A stretch of 63,646 nt of DNA, filler included, from Sluysia triapertura (taxonomy: Eukaryota), in the NCBI GenBank assembly GCA_046118255.1. It is 5 parts of 5 records of this genome, joined end to end, with 100 filler letters (N's around TTAATTAATTAA, not from the genome) between each part and the next. Parts side by side here need not be neighbours in the genome. Positions count along the whole stretch, not along the records: positions 38,694 to 52,368 come from JBJNIA010026394.1; 4 more parts are not named here. The stretch is one strand, 5' to 3'. Positions 38,694 to 49,502 of this stretch are shown here, in pieces. Position numbers and translations under genes: made by a program. Position 1 is the first letter of the stretch. Every line of letters starts with the position of its first letter. The notes under the pieces are model-generated. The model was not told the DNA's origin. It saw only the letters and a program-made list of their open reading frames with translations, and did no database searches.

Positions 38694-39312
38694 TATTTAA
38701 ATAAATTTTCTTTTTATTTTGTAAAATAAATTTCTTTTTTGTAAAATAAATTTCTTTTTTAAAACTAAAATTTTTTTGAATCACTGGAGACACAAAAATA
38801 TTTTTTAATTAAATTCTAACAATATATTTTTTATAATTTTTATAATTTTTATAATTATAATATATTTTTTATAATTTTTTTAATTTTTATAAATGTGATG
38901 GCAACCTAACACATTTATGTTATAGAATTAAATTTATAATATAAAATAATTATTATAGAATTTATTAATATTAGAATTTATAGTATAGTAAAATTGGAAT
39001 TATATACAAAATTTACATATGCTCGTTATCGTACATATTTACTGCTTTAATAATGTATAATGATTAATATCACAAATTATATATAACTTATTATTGTTAT
39101 TTAAGTGGATACATTTATATATTCATAATTTGCATTGGCTCATAATTTTGAAACACAAAAAAATTCAAATTATCCAATTTCAGAGGTATTTCAATGCAAA
39201 AATTGTACTAAAACCACAAAAGCAATAATATAAATAATTTAAGTAAATATGAATTTGGTATGGTTAAATTTGGTGATGTGAATTTTGATTGAAGGTTTAT
39301 GATTAAATTGTC

Positions 39313-40467
39313 TTAAACAATTAATTCACAATTTGAAATGATTTTATGAAATACGTTGACCGAGATAAAAAATAACTTAACTACAAAATGTTTATTATAA
39401 AACTGACGAGTTATATTTATAATGTGTGTACGTTTGCTTCTGCATAAATCCCTTAGAGTACAATCTGATCCGCTATCTAAAAACAATTTAGAAAAATGAT
39501 CAATGTTATTTAAAATTATATTAAATATTACTTTATTAGATTTTACGTTCAGATCATTGATTGAGACTTGTCGAGCTACGGAGTTTATCACTCATAGTAT
39601 GTACATATTTATATCTGTTGCCATACTTTAAACAAACCTCTGATTCGTTTGGAGAAAATGACAAAAGGATGAGAAAAGATATCAACTTTGTAATTTTTTT
39701 TGTGAACAATTAATTTACGTTTATTGTCGATAACATCGAATGGTTGGATCACTTTACAATCTTTATTCTCTATATTTACAAAAACTTGATCAGAGTACTT
39801 GTCGTTGTTATGATCTAGAATCGAACTATTAATCACTTTATTATGTTTAAATAAATGATAAAAATAAATATTTTTATAAAACTTTAAATAATAATTAAAT
39901 GATAGTCTAACTAAAGTTTTATCATGATCTTGTTTATGTGGTAAATAACTCACTGATAGTTTGGTTGTCTTTACAATCAGTTTGATAGTGTACGTAGCGG
40001 CTCGTAGGTATCATCATCTCGTTCATATGTTAAGTAACACGTCGATAGTTGAATTACATTTTTATGATCGGTTTGATGATGCACATAAGTAGTTTGATCG
40101 ACTCATTATCATCGTTTTGATTATGCACTAAATAACTCAAAAATTGTTTAATTTTATCTCTACGATTGTGATAATCGAATACTAAACGGCTTAACAATAG
40201 TTTGTCTTTACGATTAACTTGACCAAGTACTAAATAGTTCAAAAATAATTTATTTACATCATCATGATTATCTTTATGAAGTACTAAATAATTCAGAGAT
40301 AATTTATTTACATCATTATGATTGTCTTTATGGAGTACTAAATAATTGAGAGACAATTTATTTACGTCATTACGATTATCTTTGTCGATTACTAAATAAT
40401 TCGAATATAATTTATTTACATCATTATGATTATCTTTATGGTCATACAGCATTTTGAAATTAGACAA
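39313..40467 (-). pseudogene. Frameshifted orphan gene with N-terminal 18-aa repeats; probable distant paralogue of the 11-13 kb gene
   Basis: Three consecutive minus-strand ORFs (40054..40467, 39609..39953, 39313..39591) that change frame. Colinear echoes with the 542-aa ORF: RGLFKVW/RGIFSGFTNIPW, NIILNN/HILINN, GSDCTLRDL/GSKEQEMRHL, SVNVFHK/SYNVHK. Confidence 0.55.
40120..40442 (-). repeat. Coding minisatellite, 54-nt unit (KDNHNDVNKLSLNYLVLH), 4 good units plus decayed ones
   Basis: Repeated + strand unit gtactaaataattcagagataatttatttacatcattatgattgtctttatgga. Confidence 0.9.
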
Positions 40468-40559
40468 GTTTTAATAAACTTTATTTTTAAAAATTAAATT
40501 GTGTATTTATGAAAAATTTTTGTGCTTTAAAATCTTTTTTAAATTATACTCATGATTGG

Positions 40560-40788
40560 TTATCCAACCAGAGATTTATAATGACATTTAAAATTTATTT
40601 TCACTCTGGTTGGGTGATCTAATAAAATGCACTACAAACAAAAGAGAGATAAACCACCATTCATGCTGACATTCATTTGTACTTAGTGATTAACTATGTC
40701 AGTATGAATGGTGGTAATTTGCTTATTTATGTGTATTTTTGATTAATATTTAAAAATAATTAGAAATGATTTAAAAACCATAATGGCG
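40560..40788. promoter_or_regulatory. Double inverted-repeat module, copy B, between divergent genes
   Basis: TTATCCAACCAGAG (40560-73) / CTCTGGTTGGGTGA (40604-17). ACCACCATTCATGCTGACAT (40653-72) / ATGTCAGTATGAATGGTGGT (40696-715). CATAATGGCG (40779-88). Same order and similar spacing as copy A. Confidence 0.7.
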
Positions 40789-40936
40789 AAATAATATTTA
40801 TACTTCAAAAATTTACAATATTTAAAAATATGACGAATTATTTGGTTTAAGTGCTTTTGAGTACTTATTTCATAATAAGTATCGTTATGCAAATAAATAT
40901 TTAAAAATATTTTATAAAATTTTAAAATCAATAACA

Positions 40937-42379
40937 ATGAATACTGACAGCAAAACTGCAAATGAGGACTTAAATTTAAAAATCGAACAAATAAATAATT
41001 GTGCAAGGTTATTTAATGCTGTATTTTGCCGAACAGCGGATGATTATGATGATTTAAAATATGTTCGCAAAAAATTGGCAGAAATTAGAAATGAACTGTA
41101 TAAACATATGCCATTTTCAGAACAACTATGTGATGATACGTCGACTGTAAATCGTCAAAATATTGATACAAATTGGCAACGTGTAATGTCAAAATATAGT
41201 CCAAGTAAAGCATGTAAATTAAGTCCTATAAAACCGACATTAGGTTGTTTGGATACTGTTTTATTTAGTGATGCTTATTTAGAAGGATTTATGTGGATTT
41301 TAAATATGAGTGAGTTGTTTTATTATGATAATTCAATTTTATTGGTCAGTCAAGTTGATTATACGATGGAAAATGATTACTTAGATAAACTTAATGAAGT
41401 AATCCGTTTCAATCGTACGTTAGATACGATAAAGGATCGAATGGAGAATTGGATTAATTTTAAAAAATTAGGTGAAGGAACTTTCGGTGCCGTATATAAA
41501 TTTATTGATAAAAATACCCAACAAATGTTTGCCATGAAATATTTGAAAAGTATGGATGAAAATTCGATTATAACAAGACATACAAAAGAACTAATTAATT
41601 ATATTGGTGAACGAAATAATTTAATATTGTCACATAAAAGTCCCTTTGTAGTACAATTTATTGATTCATTTACATTGGATGATCCAAGTGGTTTATTTTT
41701 AATACTCGAATATTGTATAGGTGATATTGAAAAAGTATATGAATATTTTACTGTTTGGTATGATGAAATTGATGCTAATGAAAGTGAAATGATTCGACGA
41801 TTAAAAAGACGAGGATATTGTGTTACTATTGATGGAAAATGTGATGTACGACATAAAGTCTTCAATTTTCTATCACTCTTTTTAGAATTTGATTTGGAAT
41901 TGTTAATCATTATTTATGCTTATGAAATATTTTGTATGTTGGACTTTTTAGCGAAGAGAAATATTGTGCATGCCGATATCAAATTAGCTAATATATTGAT
42001 TAGTGACAAAGGTCATTTAAAAATGGGTGATTTTGGTTTAGTTGAAAATATGAGATTTATAACTAGTAGAGTTAATGTGAATTTAGTAGTAAATGATGAA
42101 TTATTGGCAAATGAAGCATGTATTTATAAAAATTTTGTACAAGGTACTTTCATATATTATGATCCAGAATTGTTGATTAGACGAGCCGATAAACATTTGT
42201 TGCAGCGCTTAGGTAATGAATCATTTTTTTCTGAAGCATACTCCGTTGCTTGTATGGATTTTATGAGTGATACATGGGCAGCAGCTTTTACCATTTTTGA
42301 TATTATGTATACAGGAATATTTTATTTCGATATTATCACAAATGACTCTTCTGTTACTGAGGTAGGAATTAGTTTTTAA
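40937..42379 (+). CDS. Divergent Ser/Thr protein kinase, AGC/Greatwall-MAST-like, non-RD (copy 1)
   Basis: LGEGTFGAVY, FAMKYL, ERNNLILSHKSPFVVQF...LFLILEY, HADIKLANILISDKGHLKMGDFGL, GTFIYYDPE, SDTWA. Probable splice donor GTAGGA at 42362. Confidence 0.9.
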   Translation: MNTDSKTANEDLNLKIEQINNCARLFNAVFCRTADDYDDLKYVRKKLAEIRNELYKHMPFSEQLCDDTSTVNRQNIDTNWQRVMSKYSPSKACKLSPIKPTLGCLDTVLFSDAYLEGFMWILNMSELFYYDNSILLVSQVDYTMENDYLDKLNEVIRFNRTLDTIKDRMENWINFKKLGEGTFGAVYKFIDKNTQQMFAMKYLKSMDENSIITRHTKELINYIGERNNLILSHKSPFVVQFIDSFTLDDPSGLFLILEYCIGDIEKVYEYFTVWYDEIDANESEMIRRLKRRGYCVTIDGKCDVRHKVFNFLSLFLEFDLELLIIIYAYEIFCMLDFLAKRNIVHADIKLANILISDKGHLKMGDFGLVENMRFITSRVNVNLVVNDELLANEACIYKNFVQGTFIYYDPELLIRRADKHLLQRLGNESFFSEAYSVACMDFMSDTWAAAFTIFDIMYTGIFYFDIITNDSSVTEVGISF

Positions 42380-44032
42380 TTGATTTTAAGAAAAAGTTAC
42401 AGTATTTAGCGTGCCACTGGTTTTTTGGTACGAAATTGTAATATGTGACTTATCAGGAATTATTTCAGGAACGACATTATTTCGTTTATTTTTGAAACAA
42501 TTTAAAATTCGAGCTCCCATAATTTAATGACTGATCGATTGTGTCCATCGTGAATATCTTATCCCTCAAGCTGGAATATGACCTTTACAAGAGATCATGA
42601 GCTCTTTAATTTGTCTTTGCTGTTAGAGATTAAAGTGCTAAGTTTTAAATTACAATTGAATCTTGCTAAATCTTTCAGTTTATTATACAATTTGACAACT
42701 GTTTTAGAACGCCAAATGTAATAATTTTCTGTAATGTTTAATGATATTTTAAATATTATAATCCAATAATCGTAGAATTTTCTATTATGTAATAATATTT
42801 CATGTTAAATTTACTTTCCTGATATGGCTCATAATTAAAATTATTTCATAATCATATTTTATACGTTTTAGTTGCTATACGACCAATTTATTCTATATAG
42901 TAGTTAATTTCATTCTATATTTTGACGTTGACATATGATCTATTTATATTTTTGTTCATTTATGAATGGTTGTGTTTTTCCTCATTTCTATTTCACTAAT
43001 ATTACATAGTTTAATAATTTGTTCAATTTGTAGCTTTTCCTTGTGGGTAATTAAGAGTAGTAGGTTCTATTATTCATTTTTATTCTATTTTCACGTGCAT
43101 TTTAATGATAGAGTTTGTATGTTTATTTAACAATATTATTTATGGTAATAATTGTTTTTAAATGAGTAATTTAGTGATTTAATGATGCACGTTTTGATTT
43201 GTTCTTATACAAAGTTTATGATATATTTAGGAACACCAATGTTTTTAAATTAGTAAATAACCAAATAACTACATCTTGTTCCAATTTTAAAGTACATTGT
43301 GATTAATTTTGACAAAGTCTGAGTTATTTTGTTGATTTAAAATCGATTAAAATCTTTAATGAAATATCAAGAATTTCAAATTTGAGTAATAAGTTGAAAA
43401 AATAAATATATCTGCCTTTAGTAACGTAATTGTTGCAATTATCTGTTTATATTTATTTACTATAGTGTTAATACATCCCCTAAAAATACGGAGTAGGAAT
43501 CGGGTTTTTAAAAGCTGTTTAAGTTAAACTAACTTAAACTAACTTTTGAGACCATAAATAGTATTAAAATTTGAATCACAATCAGTTATACATTTCCTTG
43601 TAAATAAAACTGTTATATAGTTGCTTTCGTCTGAACGTTAATTACTTATTTATGTTTTACATTGGATCGTCATTCTTATGAAGTACATTTAATGCGCCAC
43701 TTCGGCCTCAGCATGATTATCTGACTCCATAACATTAGTTTCAATATTGCGACATTATCGACAAATAAGTACTTCAACAATTTGCTATAAAACGTAGGAT
43801 CCGAACGTCATGTTGTATTCAAACGCCCAAGTTTTTTTGTTAATTCTACACCAGCTTTCTTTGTAAATTCCATTCAAAACGCCCAAATATCTTTAAGTCC
43901 GAGATCGATGAAAATTTTTCCATACACATCTTATCTACTGAGTTTTAGGTAACCATTTAGCAAACATACCGAAAGAGACTGCCGTCTTATAATTATTGCT
44001 TCAGTTCCAGGGGTACTCGAAGTATCATAGTT

Positions 44033-44540
44033 CAGTGATTCCCTGGGGTCGATGAAAACCTGCAAGTGGTCTACGTGGACGAAAAAATTGGGGGTCTATG
44101 AAATGAAAATGGGGATCAATGGCAAGAAATTTCAAAAATTGCATAAAACAGTATATTTGATATAATTTTGACATTAAAAAATTACAAAAATATAATATTA
44201 TTAATATAATTAATATCGTCGGTCTAAAACTGTTTTCACTTGATCTCTGAGCATTTTATACGTGTCTCACTCACTCTACAGAGTTGTGGGTTTTCTAAAA
44301 GAGAAACAACGATCGGTGCTTTCACTAAGGCCATGCGAAAATAGCCACGCATCGCATCGACTCATAAATTTTAAATTTAATTAATAAATGTGTAAAAATG
44401 TATTGTTTTTTTACTTTTTCACACTAATAGGTACTTAACTACTGTTAAAAATTTAAATCTTTCAAAGTGAATAGCAGGGGTCTACCTAAATTGAAAAACA
44501 TGACAAGGGGTCTACGAGAGAAAAATGCTCGGAACCTCTA
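44033..44540. mobile_element. Non-autonomous hAT (Buster/Charlie-like) MITE, 508 bp
   Basis: Termini CAGTGATTCC ... GGAACCTCTA. 8-bp TSD TCATAGTT (44025-32) / TCCTAGTT (44541-48) with central TA. Subterminal GGGGTC(G/T)A motifs repeated at both ends. Confidence 0.8.
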
Positions 44541-45363
44541 TCCTAGTTGGTATCGTTCTCTTATCTATTAGTGTCGACAGTTTAAGAATTGACTGCATTT
44601 GGTGCCGTACAGTAAAGTGCATAGAAAATTACAGCACATTGTTACATGTCCAAATTCTTTGTTGAAAATTAATAGATGGAAATTTCTTGTATTAATCATA
44701 ATAAAAATGTTTAAAATACTAAAATAATACAACTTCGTTAAAAATTAGTTAATTTAAATATAACTAATTTCATATTTATATTTCATGTATTACAATTTTT
44801 TGCGAATTCTTTGTAAATTTAGTTAATGTTTTGGTATATTTGGAAGTTATGTTTGATGTAAATATAACGTTGTTAGGCTACTGGATTTTGTTGAATTTTT
44901 AATGAACCTTTACTGTGTTATTTAAAAATTTCAATGAAATTCATATGATTGTGTAAGTAGTACACTCATGAAAAGATTCTTGACATAAATTAAAATTATT
45001 TTTCGGAGTATGGAAACATACAACCTCGTCAATACATACAAATTGGCATGAAATTTCTGGTATTATCAATGTTAACACGAACAATTCTTTTTTAGAAAAA
45101 GACAATGTTAATTATTCACTGTTTATTGTTCCAGAATCTCGTTAGATTGGTATTTTTTGTTTGATCCATTGATTTTTTGTGTTAGATGGTGTTGATGTTT
45201 GTCTATGATTGTGTTTATGATTATGTTTTGGTTTTATGCTCACCACACCGCTCCAATGAAATAGGAATTGAGACTGATCCACTCAATCACATTTTATTGG
45301 CTTGGTGGACATGTAATTTTTATATACACGTCATTCTAGTGACGAAGTAATCTATTTTAAACA

Positions 45364-45366
<3 letters not shown>

Positions 45367-45420
<54 letters not shown>
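45367..45420. repeat. (TTA)n microsatellite
   Basis: Direct reading of the sequence. Confidence 0.95.
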
Positions 45421-45422
<2 letters not shown>

Positions 45423-46999
45423 AGATCTTGCTTTAACTCTAATCTGATGATCCAATACGATTTTTAACAATTAAAATGAGAACTCTAATTAACCAATGCG
45501 GCTTTAGTTGAGAATTATTATTTAATTTTTATAGAATTATTTTCCAAAGCATATAAAATTCAAAATTGAGAAAGTTTATTTTTAATGGAAAAATTACCAA
45601 CTATAATTAAATAGAAATATGTGTGTAGAATAAAATCTTAAAAATTTTTATATTAAATAATTGTCCTTTAATTTCTAGTGAAAAGTGTGATAATGATTAA
45701 AGGATTTGTTGAAAGTTTTGTGAGTTGTAAGGTGATTTTGTAATACTGAGATGATAAAATTAATCATTTTAAGTAATAAAATATATTTCTTAAAATTTTA
45801 TTTTAAATGTGTAATAAATGCACATTTTAATTTCAAATTTATTTTCAAAATGTTATTTTCACTTTTAATTTACTTTAAATTTTCAAATTTCTATTTAAAA
45901 TTATTTTCAAAATAAAATTTAAAATCATTATCACTGACATTATAATGCTTTTTTTATTGATTTAAAATAAGATTACCTAGAGTTAATATAAATTCAAAAT
46001 TTAGTAACAAATAACAATTTTAAATTGAAAATTGTGTAAACAATCATTTTAAAATGAGATTCTATAAAGGCAGTATGAAATCAAACTTTAAGAACATAAA
46101 ATCCGATTAAAATTATCTTAAAAATATGATTTAGAATATTATAATATTTAAGATAAAATCATATTAAATTGAAATTAAATAGAACTATATAATCAAAAAT
46201 TAATAACATTATTTTCGATTAAAATTAATTTAAATAGAATAGACAAAAGTTATATCTAATCAAAATTTAAGAGCATTATAATTTAGTAAAATCATCTTAA
46301 ATTGATATTAATTAGAAATACCATATTTTGGATTAAAATTATCTAAACTTTTAGTGTATTTTTTACTATTGAACTATTATTTATTATTAGATTATTACTA
46401 TTCATTAACTGTTAATTTTATTACTGTTATTAAATCACTACTAGTTATTAAATGTAGTTTATTATTTGTTAGACCAAAATTAATAATACTATTGTTGTGT
46501 TGCCATCACAACCCTATTAAGGTTCCAGAAAACAATGTACCGCACTAATTTTCAATAAAAAATTTAATTTCTAAAATAGAAAATTTCCTACTAAAAATAG
46601 AAAAGAACATTCTATCGGTTTCTATTGGTTGGTGACTAGTATATAAACTAGCATCAATTTCATTATTAGTCACTTAATTTTTATTTTTGTTATTTTCTTT
46701 GTTGTGTGGATACTTTCACTACGATTTTGACAATTCCATTTTTGTGCCAATTTCTGGTATTTTCGGATATTCTCAGCGATATTCTCAAACTGATTTCCTT
46801 TTCATGAATGCAGTAATTTATTTTTTTTCAAAGAAGATCTTGGCACTTTATGCGAAATAAAAGATCATAGTTAAAGTTTGGGTGGTACTAATAGCACTCA
46901 GAAAACAGATAGTGATCCTTAGTATATGACAATGAATCTAGAAATATGAATCTAAATCTAAATAACAATTCCTAAATCAAACCAATTTTATTTTCCTTG

Positions 47000-47800
47000 C
47001 TTTAATAGCAAATTTATCCGTTATTTAAATTTTCTATGTAAAAGTAGCATTAAATTGGATCGTCGTTAATCTTATAGCTAAAACAATTTTTATATTCCTT
47101 ACTGAAAACAGCCACCATTTATTCGAGTGAGTGAGTAAGTACGTAACGTTACATCCAGATTCCAGCTTTATCCAGTTTACAGTGCTAAGGAACAATTTTT
47201 CTTCATTGAAGTTTGTTTTATTCAATAGTGCTTGAAATGTTAATTTAATAATATTTTCAAGTGTGCTTTTATTACGGTTTTTTTGGTTTGTCGTTTGAGT
47301 AAGAACATTTATTTGGTTCCGAGTTTTTAGATAAATGAATATAATTAGTTATCATTTGCATTTTATACTTATTGTGTGGTTTGTTTTACTGATCAAAATA
47401 GACCATTCTTTTGCTGTTAATCTTTTACTAATTCAGAATATTCTTGGTTATTTGTTTTAATATTAATTAAAATTACCCTAAATAGTTTTAGAAGAAGTTG
47501 AATATTTGTTTTGAAAATTTGTTTTTGTTTAACATGGATATGTAATATATTATGCCAAATCATTCATTTTCCGGTCTCAAATTGTTAAAATCAAGTTTTT
47601 AGAACAATTAAGTCGAATTAATTTGAGTTCTAAGTAAAGATTTAACTTATTAAGTTTGTTCTATGTTTTTGTAGCTATTGTATATCATGGTGTCACCTTT
47701 AACATAATAGTTTTCGGTCCTAAGGTGTGTGGAATGAAATAATGAAGTTTTTATGGGGTAATATTTTCATCAAGTTCATTCTATTATCGTTTATACTCTA
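47000..47800 (-). pseudogene. Decayed fragment possibly of the AT-rich orphan family, divergent from kinase copy 2
   Basis: Coding-like minus strand with stops. YYISMLNKNK (~47530) vs ITMSMSNNK (~11140). Weak. Confidence 0.25.
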
Positions 47801-47860
47801 AGCTTTGTAAAAAGAACTACTGAACTAATAATATATTACAAAATGCATACATTTATATTT

Positions 47861-47968
47861 TTGTTTATCATTATTTGTATCATTATTTGTTTATCATTAT
47901 TTGTATCATTATTTGTTTATCATTATTTGTATCATTATTTGTTTATCATTATTTGTTTATCATTATTT
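47861..47968. repeat. Minisatellite of alternating 14- and 12-nt units (TTGTTTATCATTAT / TTGTATCATTAT)
   Basis: About 8 near-perfect units, 150 nt upstream of the kinase copy 2 start. Confidence 0.9.
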
Positions 47969-48119
47969 AATTTTATATAATTTATGTTATATTTCCTTCA
48001 CAAAGTCACGAAATATCTGTACTAAAACGTGAAACTTTTTCTGTAGATTTCGGTTAAGATTTAACAAATATGAAATATAAAATTATAATGATTTAATTAA
48101 ATTTGGATCAATAAAAAAT

Positions 48120-49502
48120 ATGTACAAAGATGATAATGAAGCATGTCAAGAAGATAATTATCAAGTACAAGCAGAAAACGAATTATTGAATATTTTGCGT
48201 AAAGAGGTGAAAACAAAACGAAATAGAATATGCAGAAATGTAGAAGTATGTAAAACAAAAATGAATTATAAAACGAAAAGACCGCGAAATATAGATAGCA
48301 ATTGGAAGAGATTATTATTAAAATATAGTCCTAGCAGTCAATGTAAATTAAGTCCTATTAAGCCAACTTTGGGTTGTTTAAGTCCTATTGATGAAATCAG
48401 TGATGAATTTACAAATGGATTTATATGGATATTAAATATGAGTGAAATGTTTTATTACGATAATACCATTTTATTGATCAGTCAAGTTGAACACAAACAA
48501 CAAACTAAGTTATATTATTATGAAATTAATAAATTTTTACGATTAAATCGTACTTTTGATGTAATAAAATATCGCCATGAATATTGGATTGATTTTAAAA
48601 AATTAGGTGAAGGAACATTTGGTTCTGTTTACAGTTTTCGAGATAGAGAAACGGGAGAAAAATATGCGATGAAATATCTACGAGGGTTATCAAAAAATGT
48701 AAGAATATCTAATCATACTAAAGAATTGGTTACGTATTTAAATGAACGTAACTATTTAATATTGTCACATAAAAGTCCATTAATAGTACAATTTATTGAT
48801 TCATTTTCATTGGACAATCCTAGTGGTTTATTTTTAATACTTGAATATTGTGTGTCGGATTTAGTAAAGTTTGTTGACGTTGTTTTTGATAAATTTAATG
48901 ACTTTAGTGATAAAAATGCAGATAAAATAAATGAATGTAAAAATGTAACAATTAATGATGCATTTAATATTCATTTGTCTATACATTTACATTTTGATAT
49001 GGAAAAATTAATCATTATATATGCTTTTGAATTGTTTTCGATGTTGGATTTTTTAGCCAAAAGAAATATCGTGCATTCTGATATTAAATTGGACAATATT
49101 TTAATAAGTGATAAATATCATTTAAAAATGGGCGATTTTGGTTTAGTAGATAATATGAGATTTATAACTAGTAAAAATTATATGAGTTTAATTTCACATG
49201 ATGTATTGGTCGCCACAGAAAATGATTATTATATCGAAGAAATTGGAGGCACACGGTTGTACTATGATCCGGAAATTTTACTTGCAATAATTGATGAAGA
49301 TAAGAAAAAGAAAATGCATGTATTTTTTGATGCTTATAATAAAGAAAAGATTGAATTTAGAGATTTTATGAGTGACACCTGGGCTGTGGCTTTAACTGTT
49401 TCAATGTTGGTTTATTCTGGAGACTTTTATTTTGTTAGATATTTTTCAGAACCTGAAATTATTCAAGTAAGACAGATTTCAATAGTTATCTATTCAAAAT
49501 AA
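48120..49502 (+). CDS. Divergent Ser/Thr protein kinase, AGC/Greatwall-MAST-like, non-RD (copy 2)
   Basis: Clear paralogue of 40937..42379: KYSPSSQCKLSPIKPTLGCL, LGEGTFGSVY, YAMKYL, HSDIKLDN, DFGL, YYDPE, SDTWA. Donor GTAAGA at 49467, the position homologous to that in copy 1. Confidence 0.9.
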   Translation: MYKDDNEACQEDNYQVQAENELLNILRKEVKTKRNRICRNVEVCKTKMNYKTKRPRNIDSNWKRLLLKYSPSSQCKLSPIKPTLGCLSPIDEISDEFTNGFIWILNMSEMFYYDNTILLISQVEHKQQTKLYYYEINKFLRLNRTFDVIKYRHEYWIDFKKLGEGTFGSVYSFRDRETGEKYAMKYLRGLSKNVRISNHTKELVTYLNERNYLILSHKSPLIVQFIDSFSLDNPSGLFLILEYCVSDLVKFVDVVFDKFNDFSDKNADKINECKNVTINDAFNIHLSIHLHFDMEKLIIIYAFELFSMLDFLAKRNIVHSDIKLDNILISDKYHLKMGDFGLVDNMRFITSKNYMSLISHDVLVATENDYYIEEIGGTRLYYDPEILLAIIDEDKKKKMHVFFDAYNKEKIEFRDFMSDTWAVALTVSMLVYSGDFYFVRYFSEPEIIQVRQISIVIYSK

